Source: an uncultured Eubacteriales bacterium (GTDB taxonomy: Bacteria > Bacillota > Peptococcia > Peptococcales > SKKY01). Taken from it: a stretch of DNA of 64,000 nt. Location: assembly GCA_964574445.1 (NCBI GenBank), contig CAZNNQ010000001.1:18446-82445 (forward strand). The letters run 5' to 3'. The notes below the pieces were generated by a model. That model made no database searches and was not told the origin of the DNA. It was given only the letters and a program-made list of their open reading frames with translations. Shown here one piece after another: positions 19,678 to 28,918 of the stretch (its first letter is position 1; each line of letters begins with the position of its first letter). The position numbers were made by a program, and so were the translations under genes.

Positions 19678-21329
19678 CCCCAGATTTCATCTAAAGCGCA
19701 TCCTGCAGGAACCATTGGGAATACATTAGCTCTACAATCAATGCGGTAGTCGAGAAATGCAGGTTCTCTGCCTTCATAATTTTCTGTGAATATTTTATCT
19801 GTATCTTCTTTAACCTCAATCTTTGAAGATTTAATTCCATAAGCTTTTGCTAATAGCTCCCAATCTGGAGAAAATTCAAACAAAGTTTGTGAATAGTTTG
19901 ATTCATGAAATAACTCTTGCCACTGACGAACCATACCAAGGCACCTATTATTCATTAGAACAATGGTAATTGGGAGACTGTATTGACGAACTATAGCTAA
20001 TTCCTGAAGATTCATTTGGAAGCTTCCATCCCCAGTTATCAATACAACTCTTTTATCAGGGTTTGCAACCTGTGCTCCTATAGCAGCAGGAAGACCATAG
20101 CCCATTGTGCCTAATCCACCAGAGGTTAAAAAAGATTTTTTCCCTTTCGGGTGAATATAGAGTGCGCTCCACATTTGATGCTGACCAACATCTGTAACAA
20201 CAATTGTTTTATCATCTATATATCCATTAATAAAATCTAATAAATTTTCTGGCTGAATTCCCTCTTTAGATATTTCTTTCTTTTTACTAACATTTTGAAT
20301 TTCTTTAATCCAATTATTTGTATTTAATGGTCCTTCGATATTTTTATCAACCTGGATTAGGAAATCTTTACAATCTGCTACAATTGGGATATCTGAAATT
20401 ACGTTTTTATCAATTTCAGCTGCTTCTATATCAACATGAATAATTTTAGCATTTGGTGCAAAACCGTCAGCACGCCCAACGACTCTATCACTAAATCTCA
20501 TTCCGATAGCAATGATAAGGTCACTTTCTTGAACGGAATAATTGCCTTTAACAGTTCCGTGCATTCCTACCATTCCTAGAAAAAGCTCATCTCCTGCTGG
20601 ATATGCTCCTTTACCCATTAATGTAACTGCAACTGGAATTCTAAGTTTTTGTGCTAATTTTTTCAACTCTTCTTCCGCATTACCAATTACTACACCACCA
20701 CCTGCAATAACAAGAGGCTTCTTACTTTTTTTAATAGCTTCATATGCTTTATTTATCTGATTTATATTCATTTTAGGTTTTGCAAGTTTCTTGATTACAT
20801 GTTTTCTAACTACCGGTCTTTTAGTTTTAGTTACTATCTGCATCAATACATCCTTAGGCACATCTATCAGGACTGGTCCTGGTCTGCCACTTTGAGCGAT
20901 ATAAAATGCTTCCTCAACAATGGCTGGTATATCCTCTGCATCTTTTACAAGATAATTATATTTTGTAGAAGATAAACTGAAACCAATTGTGTCTGCTTCT
21001 TGAAAACTATCCTTACCAATTAAATGCTGGGCAACCTGTCCTGTAATAGCGACCACAGGAACTGAGTCCATCATTGCAGTCCCCAATCCTGTAAGTAAGT
21101 TTGTAGCCCCAGGACCGGAAGTTGCAAAACAAACACCAACTTTTCCGGTAGATCTTGCATAACCATCTGCAGCATGAGCAGCACCCTGTTCATGTCTCAT
21201 TAAGATATGCTGGATATTACTTTTAGGTAACACATCATATAAAGGTAAGAGGACGCCGCCCGGGATCCCAAAAACTTTGTCTACATTTTTTTCTTCCAGG
21301 CATTTAAGCAGTAATTCTGCACCTATCAT
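19668..21329 (-). CDS. ilvB: Acetolactate synthase large subunit (ThDP-dependent)
   Basis: 553 aa; GIPGG, RHEQGAAHAADGYAR, GLGTMGYGLPAAIGA, GDGSFQMN. Confidence 0.97.
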   Translation of the reverse strand: MIGAELLLKCLEEKNVDKVFGIPGGVLLPLYDVLPKSNIQHILMRHEQGAAHAADGYARSTGKVGVCFATSGPGATNLLTGLGTAMMDSVPVVAITGQVAQHLIGKDSFQEADTIGFSLSSTKYNYLVKDAEDIPAIVEEAFYIAQSGRPGPVLIDVPKDVLMQIVTKTKRPVVRKHVIKKLAKPKMNINQINKAYEAIKKSKKPLVIAGGGVVIGNAEEELKKLAQKLRIPVAVTLMGKGAYPAGDELFLGMVGMHGTVKGNYSVQESDLIIAIGMRFSDRVVGRADGFAPNAKIIHVDIEAAEIDKNVISDIPIVADCKDFLIQVDKNIEGPLNTNNWIKEIQNVSKKKEISKEGIQPENLLDFINGYIDDKTIVVTDVGQHQMWSALYIHPKGKKSFLTSGGLGTMGYGLPAAIGAQVANPDKRVVLITGDGSFQMNLQELAIVRQYSLPITIVLMNNRCLGMVRQWQELFHESNYSQTLFEFSPDWELLAKAYGIKSSKIEVKEDTDKIFTENYEGREPAFLDYRIDCRANVFPMVPAGCALDEIWGCK

Positions 21330-21386
21330 AAAACAACATCCCCCTTATATATAATTTGTGTTATATAACAAATTGTTATTCTAAAT

Positions 21387-21415
21387 ACTATATTATAATA
21401 TTCAAATTAATACAA
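21387..21415 (-). promoter_or_regulatory. Putative promoter of the ilv-leu operon
   Basis: Minus strand reads TTGTAT, 17 nt, TATAGT, leaving a ~55-nt 5' UTR before GGGGGA-ATG. Confidence 0.4.
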
Positions 21416-21432
21416 TATGCAATTTGCTTTAT

Positions 21433-24342
21433 TTAGCTAATTTTTATAATTTTTTTAAATAGCTTTTTGTTATCTTCCAGCTTCTCTTCGCTTCCAATAA
21501 CACAGTGAATATTTTCCGTAGTTGTTGCTTCTATTACTTCTGCAAATCTATTTAGATCAGACAACTTTGTATCAAGTATTTCTTCCCTAATCTTTTGAAG
21601 ATCTTCTTGTTTAACTTCCTGGAAATAGTATAAATTTGAAACTTTTCCTTTATTACTTACACTCATCGGAGCATCATAATCACCTATTGTTCCGATAATA
21701 AACCTTTTCAAGTCTCTTTCAGCAAGTTTCAAGTTCCGGAAAAACTCTCCAGCCTGATCATATACATTAAGAGTTTCTTCAAGGTTAGGATCTCTGTAAG
21801 AACTGAAAATAAGATTGCCAATAATGGATATTGAAGCAAAACCACCATATGCTCCCCCTGTAACTCTCAACTTATTCCATAAATAGTCAGTGTTTAGTAT
21901 CTTTCCTGCAACTCTCATGCTGCCTTTATATGAAAATCCTTTGTCATAAAAACTTCCACCTTTAATTACATATTGAACTTTTGCCGGGATTCCAATCCCT
22001 TCCTGAAGATTTTCAGGATTGAAATCATATTCTACTATTGGAATTTCGCTATAAGGAAGCTGTTTAATATATTTTTCTGTTTTATCTGACACTTCATTAA
22101 TGTTTTCCTGATCATTTGTAATACTTACTGTGAGGTTATTTAATGCAAAAATGTTATTAAATACCCATTTTAGATTCGCTGTAACCTCTTCAAATTTTTC
22201 TTCAAAATTTTCTAAAATTTCTTTAAGAAAGAAATAATAATTAATATTACCTTCTTCTTGATACATACCAGATTTTGTAAAATAGGATGATAACCTTACT
22301 TGGGCAATTCCCATGGAATCTTCTAAGAATTCATTTTCCTTAATTGCTTTCAGTTCTATTAATTCCTCTTTTAATCTTTTTTTATCAGTGAATATTGTTT
22401 CTTTAATTACTTCTATTACAAGAGACAATGTTTTATCCAGATTTTCATTGAAAGTTTTTGTACTGACTCTCATCATCGGAATAATCCCTCTTGTACGATA
22501 TTGGTTTATACACATTACAGAGAAGTCAATTCCACCTGTATAAATATTTAAAAGTCTAGAAAGTTTTTGATAATCATAATTCTTTGTTGGAAGACTGGTT
22601 AAAATATCATTTAACAGAAAAATATACTTAATTTTTTCCATTGGAATTCTTTGTGTATTAAAGTATAAATCTAGATAAGCTATTTTATTAGTAAACATTG
22701 GATGAAATAAATACTTAGTATTTTCAATTGTTTTAGTTTCCAGGGGGATTTCTTCCTGTTTTTTATTAATATCATTAATGTCTATCATTGGGATGCAGTT
22801 TAACTTTTCTTGTGTATCTTCTTCGGACTGATATTTTACTAATTTTTTATTCTTATTTAAAATATCATCCATGTCCCTTTTTGACATATCATTTTTAATT
22901 TTTTCAAGTTTTTCTTTTATCATTACCGTTTTTTTCTCTTCTAATCCCGATTCTGGCAATAAGAAAATATTCGAAGCATGTTTATTATCTATAAAATATT
23001 TTTTAATTAAGTTTTCAAACCAACCAGTCTTCATATCCCTTCTCATTTCAGCAATTTCTTTTGAAAAGCTTAGGAACATCTCAGGGCTATTTCCATAAAG
23101 CCAACTATTCATAACTGATTGAGAATAATTAATACCTTTTCCAGAAGAAAGTGCATTTTCTCTTAGTTTAAACTCAATAGTGTTTAGTGCACCAATTAAT
23201 AGTTCTTCATTAATCCCCTCAGAAATTAGTTCGTTTAGATATTCATAAATAATTTTTTCAAAAACATCAAAATGTTTTTTTTCTGAATTTCTTGCAAGAA
23301 AAGTAAAGAAAGGCTGTTGGCCAAGGGTATAATAGAATCCATCAATTTCTTCAGCTATTTCTGCATTCATGAGTCTCTTTTTTAATTCAGAACCGGTTAC
23401 ATCAAAAAATATTTTTTCAAGAACCATTAAAGCTATTACTTCTTTTTTCTCAGTAATTTTTCCAGTTACATAATTTTTTGCTAAGTACGTTTTATTATCT
23501 GTTTTTTGATCTTTGCTTATCCCATAAATTCCCGTAATATTTTTTACTTCAGTAATATTTTCCTGAAGAGGAATATCATAATTTTCTTTTCTATAAACAA
23601 AGTTTTTTAGGTAGTCATTATTTAAGTATTCCAAGTATTCTAAAATGTTTAATTTCCCATATAAAAAAAAGTATGAATTTGAAGGATGGTAGTATTTTTT
23701 ATGATATTCAACAAATTCACTATACTTTAGATCTGTGATAAAGTCTGGATTTCCACCAGAATCAAGGCCATATGCATTATCTGAATACAGAGATTTTTTT
23801 ATCTCGTTAATTAATATTCTGTCTGGAGATGAATAAGCACCCTTCATTTCATTGAATACTATTCCATTATATTTAAGACTTTCATCTTCTGGAGAAAATT
23901 CATATCTCCAACCTTCCTGAAGAAATATTTCTTCTTTCTCTAATACCAAAGGATTAAATACTGCATCTAAATAGGTGTCTACAAGATTCCTGAAGTCTTT
24001 ATCATTGATGCTAGCTACAGGATACATTGTTTTATCAGAGAAAGTCATTGCGTTTAAGAAAGTACTTAGTGAGCTTTTCCTTAATTCAAGGAAAGGTGAT
24101 TTAACTGGATATTTCTTTGAACCTGACAAAACACAATGTTCAAGAATATGTGTTAATCCTGATTCGTCTGTTGGAGGAGTTTTAAATGAAACAGCAAAAG
24201 TTTTATTATCATCCTCATTTTCTATATAAAACAAACCAGCCTTAGTTTTTTCGTGTTTAAAGTAATACGTTTGACTATTTATATCTTCAATATGCTTTTT
24301 TTCTATTAACTTAAATCCGTGGTAAACATTATTTTCAATCAT
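21433..24342 (-). CDS. M16C (PreP/insulinase-like) zinc metallopeptidase
   Basis: 969 aa with the inverted zinc motif HILEHCVLSGS near the N-terminus and four-domain M16C length. Confidence 0.88.
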   Translation of the reverse strand: MIENNVYHGFKLIEKKHIEDINSQTYYFKHEKTKAGLFYIENEDDNKTFAVSFKTPPTDESGLTHILEHCVLSGSKKYPVKSPFLELRKSSLSTFLNAMTFSDKTMYPVASINDKDFRNLVDTYLDAVFNPLVLEKEEIFLQEGWRYEFSPEDESLKYNGIVFNEMKGAYSSPDRILINEIKKSLYSDNAYGLDSGGNPDFITDLKYSEFVEYHKKYYHPSNSYFFLYGKLNILEYLEYLNNDYLKNFVYRKENYDIPLQENITEVKNITGIYGISKDQKTDNKTYLAKNYVTGKITEKKEVIALMVLEKIFFDVTGSELKKRLMNAEIAEEIDGFYYTLGQQPFFTFLARNSEKKHFDVFEKIIYEYLNELISEGINEELLIGALNTIEFKLRENALSSGKGINYSQSVMNSWLYGNSPEMFLSFSKEIAEMRRDMKTGWFENLIKKYFIDNKHASNIFLLPESGLEEKKTVMIKEKLEKIKNDMSKRDMDDILNKNKKLVKYQSEEDTQEKLNCIPMIDINDINKKQEEIPLETKTIENTKYLFHPMFTNKIAYLDLYFNTQRIPMEKIKYIFLLNDILTSLPTKNYDYQKLSRLLNIYTGGIDFSVMCINQYRTRGIIPMMRVSTKTFNENLDKTLSLVIEVIKETIFTDKKRLKEELIELKAIKENEFLEDSMGIAQVRLSSYFTKSGMYQEEGNINYYFFLKEILENFEEKFEEVTANLKWVFNNIFALNNLTVSITNDQENINEVSDKTEKYIKQLPYSEIPIVEYDFNPENLQEGIGIPAKVQYVIKGGSFYDKGFSYKGSMRVAGKILNTDYLWNKLRVTGGAYGGFASISIIGNLIFSSYRDPNLEETLNVYDQAGEFFRNLKLAERDLKRFIIGTIGDYDAPMSVSNKGKVSNLYYFQEVKQEDLQKIREEILDTKLSDLNRFAEVIEATTTENIHCVIGSEEKLEDNKKLFKKIIKIS

Positions 24343-26240
24343 TATTTTCCTCCATCATGTTCTTCTAGTTTTTCTTGCAATTCTGCCCATTCTTCCATAA
24401 ATTTTTCTAATGAATCTTCATTAATCTTTAATTCTTTAGTAAAGTTTTCTGATTTTTGAAAATCCTTATAAACCTCTGGATCTGAAAGCTTTTCATTTAA
24501 ATCAATAATTTTATTTTCTGCAGTTTCAATTAAAAGTTCAAGTTCTTCAAGTCTTTTCCTAAGTTTATAAATATTAATGCCCTTTGGTTTATTAACTTTA
24601 TTAGTTTCTTGCCTTTTCTCGGTTTCATTTTTGCTTTTTTCTGCAGAATCTTTTTGTTTTTCTTCCAAATATTCTGAGTAGGATCCCTCAAAAAAATCTA
24701 TTTTTCCACTATTTACAAGCATCAACCTGGAAGAAAGAATATCAAGTAATAAGCGATCATGGGAAACAAATAAAATTGTTCCATCAAATTCCACAAGAGC
24801 TTTAATAATTATATTTTTTGACTCAATATCCAGATGATTTGTTGGCTCATCAAGAATTAAAAAATTAGGTTCTTCAAGTATCAATTTTACAAAGGCAACT
24901 CTAGATTTTTCACCACCACTTAAACTTTTTATTTTTTTATCAAGATCATCTTGGAAAAATAATACTGATGCAAGTAACTCCCTAGCTTTTTCAAAAGTGA
25001 TATTAAAATTTTCTGTAATTTCTTGAAAAATTGTTTTTTCCGGATCAAGAGAATTGTGATGTTGATCAAAATACCCAGGTTTTACCCCTGAACCAAAAAT
25101 CACATTTCCTTTATCTTGAGTCCCATTAATCAATGTATTTATTAATGTTGTTTTACCTGCTCCATTTGGACCTATAATTCCTGTTGCCTCACCTTTGGTT
25201 ATTAAAAAACTAATATCCTTAAAAATAAGCTCTGGATGGATATATTTATATAAGTTATTAACTTTTAATACTTCTTTGCCGGTATGACTCGTTTTAGAAA
25301 ATCTAAGATTAATACTTTTGTCTTGAAATACGTTTTCTAGTAACTCTCGTCTTTGAAGTTGTTTTTCTCTACCTCTAGCTTGTTTTGATTTAATTCCTGC
25401 TTTATATTTTGTTATATATTCTTGAATACTTTTAACTTCTTTTTGTTGTTTTTCAAAAGCTTTTTTATCTGCTGATTCTTTTTCACCTTTTAACATTTGA
25501 TATTTTGTATAATTTCCTGGAAAAGAGGTAATTTTGTGATTACTTACTTCTAGAACTCTTGTTACAACTTTATCTAGAAAATATGGGTCATGGGAGATAA
25601 CCAGAATAGTTCCGGAATATGATGATAAATAATCTTCAAGCCACTGGATTCCATCAAGATCTAAATGATTTGTTGGTTCGTCCAAAAGGAGAATATCAGG
25701 CTGACTAACAAGTAGCTTTGCAAGACTCAGTCTTCTCTTCTCCCCACCACTTAGGTTTAAACAGTTTTTAGAGAAATCTTCATTTTTAAACCCAAGGCCA
25801 GTTAATACTTTTCTTGTCTGAGCTTCAATACTATAACCGTTTTTCTTTTCATACTCATCTCTTAAAATCCCGTAATCATTAAGCCTATTCTCTAAATCTA
25901 CTCCCTCTATTTTAGAAATATTCTTTTCTAACTCAACAAGCCTTTCTCTCATCCTCAACACATCTGTGAAGCTTGAGATTACATAATCAAAAATTAAAAC
26001 ATCACTTTCAATTAAAGTATATTGATCAGAGTAGCCCATCCTCTTATCTGCTGAAATAAAGATCTCCCCAGAATCTGGATCTATTTCTCCTGTTATTAAT
26101 TTCAATATTGTTGTTTTCCCAGATCCATTAACACCAGTCAAAGCTACTTTTTCTCCTTGTAGGAGAGAAAAAGATGCTTCTTTCAAGATAGGAATATCCG
26201 AAAAATATTTTGTTATTTTATTAAACTGCAATACTGACAT
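24342..26240 (-). CDS. ABC-F family ATPase (two NBDs, no TM; translation-factor type)
   Basis: 632 aa; two Walker A (GVNGSGKTT, GPNGAGKTT), two LSGGE signatures, charged linker and C-terminal coiled coil. Its stop overlaps the peptidase ATG (TAATG). Confidence 0.9.
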   Translation of the reverse strand: MSVLQFNKITKYFSDIPILKEASFSLLQGEKVALTGVNGSGKTTILKLITGEIDPDSGEIFISADKRMGYSDQYTLIESDVLIFDYVISSFTDVLRMRERLVELEKNISKIEGVDLENRLNDYGILRDEYEKKNGYSIEAQTRKVLTGLGFKNEDFSKNCLNLSGGEKRRLSLAKLLVSQPDILLLDEPTNHLDLDGIQWLEDYLSSYSGTILVISHDPYFLDKVVTRVLEVSNHKITSFPGNYTKYQMLKGEKESADKKAFEKQQKEVKSIQEYITKYKAGIKSKQARGREKQLQRRELLENVFQDKSINLRFSKTSHTGKEVLKVNNLYKYIHPELIFKDISFLITKGEATGIIGPNGAGKTTLINTLINGTQDKGNVIFGSGVKPGYFDQHHNSLDPEKTIFQEITENFNITFEKARELLASVLFFQDDLDKKIKSLSGGEKSRVAFVKLILEEPNFLILDEPTNHLDIESKNIIIKALVEFDGTILFVSHDRLLLDILSSRLMLVNSGKIDFFEGSYSEYLEEKQKDSAEKSKNETEKRQETNKVNKPKGINIYKLRKRLEELELLIETAENKIIDLNEKLSDPEVYKDFQKSENFTKELKINEDSLEKFMEEWAELQEKLEEHDGGK

Positions 26241-26404
26241 TTTCTTACCACCTGTTTTATATGTATTCTTATATTTTATACTAACGGCTATAAATACTGT
26301 ATACTTTTTTTATTATTTAAAATATCATTTTTTTTTTTAAATATATGATAAAATAAACTTCATAGGACTTTTTTAATATTATAATAAGGAGGAATTAAAA
26401 AGTT

Positions 26405-27250
26405 ATGAAAGAATTAGGTTTGATTGATGGGAAAATTGTTGATCTAGGGGAACGTCTTATTTCGATGGAAGACAGAGGCTATCAATTTGGTGATGGCATC
26501 TATGAGGTAACAAGTGTCTTTGATGGCAAACTTTTTATGTTCGAGGAACATCTTGATAGACTTTATTCAAGTGCGGAAAAAATAAAACTTGAAATCCCTT
26601 ATACAAGAGATGAAATTAGAGGTTTCCATGAGCTATTACTTGAAGAGTCAGGCATCAAAAATACCGGCATTTACTTACAAATAACAAGAGGTGTTGCACC
26701 AAGAAAACATAATTTCCCTAAAGATTCAAAGCCAGTTTTAACAATGGCTATTCGCCCTGGAGACCCTCTGGGAGCTGAAAAAAGAGCAAAAGGAATTGAA
26801 ACTATATTAGTTGATGATATTCGTTGGTTAAGATGCGATATTAAGACTCTTAATCTTCTTGGTAATGTTCTTGCTAAACAAGCTGCTTATGAAGCTGGAA
26901 AAGGTGAAGCCATTCAACATAGAGATGGAATTGTAACAGAAGGCTCAAGTACAAATTTTTATGTTATTAAAGATAATGTACTTCACACTCACCCTGCAAA
27001 TAACCTTATCTTACCTGGAATTACTAGAATTGCTGTGCTTAAACTTTGCAGAGAAAACGGAATTGAAGTTGTCGAAGAACCTTTTACTATAGATTTTATG
27101 AATCAGGCAGATGAAGCATTTATTACTGGAACTACTACAGAAATAATGCCAGTAACTAAAGTTAGTGATGTAGTTATTGGAAATGGAACTAGAGGACCTA
27201 TAACAGAAAAGCTCCAGGTCCTTTATACAGAAATGATAAAAAATGCATAA
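26405..27250 (+). CDS. dat: D-amino-acid (D-alanine) aminotransferase, fold-type IV PLP enzyme
   Basis: 281 aa; EDRGYQFGDGIYEV, K in CDIKTLNLLGNVLAKQ, EGSSTNF. Confidence 0.9.
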   Translation: MKELGLIDGKIVDLGERLISMEDRGYQFGDGIYEVTSVFDGKLFMFEEHLDRLYSSAEKIKLEIPYTRDEIRGFHELLLEESGIKNTGIYLQITRGVAPRKHNFPKDSKPVLTMAIRPGDPLGAEKRAKGIETILVDDIRWLRCDIKTLNLLGNVLAKQAAYEAGKGEAIQHRDGIVTEGSSTNFYVIKDNVLHTHPANNLILPGITRIAVLKLCRENGIEVVEEPFTIDFMNQADEAFITGTTTEIMPVTKVSDVVIGNGTRGPITEKLQVLYTEMIKNA

Positions 27251-27261
27251 TTAGATATAAA

Positions 27262-27300
27262 GAAAAGAGTCCTCTTCTTATGAAGAAGGACTCTTTATTT
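27262..27300. terminator. Bidirectional terminator between dat and the hexapeptide-repeat gene
   Basis: AAAGAGTCCTCTTCTT/AAGAAGGACTCTTT inverted repeat followed by TTATTTTT (+). Lies between convergent stop codons. Confidence 0.8.
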
Positions 27301-28230
27301 TTATATTGACCATTCTGGTTTTTTTAACTTTTCATCATTTGTTCCAATTACCTTAGCAGGAAAACCTTCAAGGATTTTGTTATCTTCGAAAATACTTCTT
27401 TGTTTAACAAGAGTTCCTGACTTCACAAGAGTATTTTTTCCAAGTTTACTGTAATCACATACTATAGCACCTGATTCAATAATACTTCCAGCACCAATAG
27501 TTGTACCATGAATGATACATCCCGGACCAATTATAACATTGTCTTCAATAATTAATTCATTATCTGGAAGTAAATGTAATACTGAATTTTCGAGAATCTG
27601 AACATTCTTACCAATTCTTACCGGTCCATGAGAGTTCCCAATAATCCTTACACCTGAAGCAATAGTTGAACCCTCCTTAACTATCACATCTCCAGTTATT
27701 TCTGCAGAATCAAAAACATAAGCTGATTCAGATACTTCTGGATACTTGGAGCCAAATTCATAAAGCTTACCCATTTTATCACCATCCAAAGTAATATCAT
27801 TATTTCTCATTCTTAAAATCATATTTTTATCATTCTTTGTTAGTTTTCGAATAACTTTACCTGGTCTTCCAACCACAACGGACTCATCAGGAATAACTAC
27901 ATCTTCTGGAATTATTGTCCCTTCTCCAAAAATACACATGTTTCCTATTTTCGCCCCAGGCAAAATAATTACACCATTTCCTATTTCACAAAGATTTCCT
28001 ATGTCAGCTCCAATAGCAATACATTTATGGCCAAAAACCGTTTTACTTCCAATTTTCAAGGGTTTTTTAGGCATCCCAATAAGGACTGAATTTTCAAGAA
28101 CCATTGTTGAATATCCAATTTGGAGGGAGTTTGAAATAGAACGAAGAATTGAACCCTGAGCAACATATGATCCTTCTCCAAATTTCACTTTACCAATTAT
28201 TATGGAAGATTCATCAGTTTTTATCATCAT
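27301..28230 (-). CDS. Tandem left-handed beta-helix (hexapeptide-repeat) protein, two gamma-carbonic-anhydrase/PaaY-like halves
   Basis: 309 aa. Residues ~10-130 and ~165-300 each show [LIV]-G-x4 hexapeptide periodicity and the YrdA/PaaY-like C-terminal pattern (G.PAKVI..). Confidence 0.7.
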   Translation of the reverse strand: MMIKTDESSIIIGKVKFGEGSYVAQGSILRSISNSLQIGYSTMVLENSVLIGMPKKPLKIGSKTVFGHKCIAIGADIGNLCEIGNGVIILPGAKIGNMCIFGEGTIIPEDVVIPDESVVVGRPGKVIRKLTKNDKNMILRMRNNDITLDGDKMGKLYEFGSKYPEVSESAYVFDSAEITGDVIVKEGSTIASGVRIIGNSHGPVRIGKNVQILENSVLHLLPDNELIIEDNVIIGPGCIIHGTTIGAGSIIESGAIVCDYSKLGKNTLVKSGTLVKQRSIFEDNKILEGFPAKVIGTNDEKLKKPEWSI

Positions 28231-28597
28231 CTTTACCTTTCTTTTCCTTTAAAACATCTGTAAATTTTGTATACATCAAAATCACTGAAACAAAAATTAC
28301 TAAGTAGGATAAAACAGCTCCCGTATAATAAGAGATTATACCTGTAATAACAAAGAGATAAATAATTATTTTTAAAATATTAGATAATATATCGTATTTT
28401 TCACTTTTTATGCCTAGTTTTTTAAAAAAAGTTCTTGCAGCTTTCCCTGATTTTGAGTCTTCAGCGTGTACTGAAAATATAGTTATCAAGAAAAGAAAAC
28501 CAAAGGCCCAAACTAAAGACCAAGTATTGTTAATTATGCTATTGTAAATTATTACAAGTTCTAAGCCTGCTGTGAAAACAAATGAAATAAGTAACAT
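28214..28597 (-). CDS. Hypothetical 4-TM membrane protein
   Basis: 127 aa, four hydrophobic segments, Lys/Asp-rich tail. Overlaps the start of the hexapeptide gene by 17 nt (likely co-translated). No family recognised. Confidence 0.55.
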   Translation of the reverse strand: MLLISFVFTAGLELVIIYNSIINNTWSLVWAFGFLFLITIFSVHAEDSKSGKAARTFFKKLGIKSEKYDILSNILKIIIYLFVITGIISYYTGAVLSYLVIFVSVILMYTKFTDVLKEKKGKDDDKN

Positions 28598-28674
28598 TTT
28601 CTCTCCTTCTAACCTTGAAATAAACCCCCATACAGTATATAATTATTATTACATATAAAAAAGGAGGTTCCTTT

Positions 28675-28869
28675 ATGAAAATAACTAAAGATATGGGAAT
28701 TACTGAAACAGTACAAAAATATCCTGAAACAATTGAAGTATTTATGAGCTTTGGTATGGGTTGCATTGGTTGTGCTGCTGCAAGTTTTGAAAACATCGAG
28801 GAAGGTGCTTTAGTACATGGCATCGACCCAGATGAAATAGTTGCAAAATTAAATGAAGCTGTTCAATAA
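28675..28869 (+). CDS. DUF1858 / hybrid-cluster-protein-associated redox disulfide protein
   Basis: 64 aa; MKITKDM.I.E.V.KYPET..VF..FGMGCIGC....E.IEEGA..HG matches this small CxxC family. AGGAGG RBS. Confidence 0.8.
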   Translation: MKITKDMGITETVQKYPETIEVFMSFGMGCIGCAAASFENIEEGALVHGIDPDEIVAKLNEAVQ

Positions 28870-28893
28870 GTATTACGATTTATAACTATAATT

Positions 28894-28918
28894 AAAATCC
28901 TCTTTTGAGGATTTTTTT
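28894..28918 (+). terminator. Rho-independent terminator after DUF1858 gene
   Basis: AAAATCCTC-TTTT-GAGGATTTT followed by a T-run. Confidence 0.8.

Noticed and set aside
28539-28823. A 94-aa minus-strand ORF spanning the intergenic region and overlapping the DUF1858 gene; similarly 4054-4290 overlapping lepB.
   Set aside because: The plus-strand DUF1858 ORF has a perfect AGGAGG RBS and a recognisable conserved family sequence. The minus-strand ORFs have neither and would run through promoter regions.
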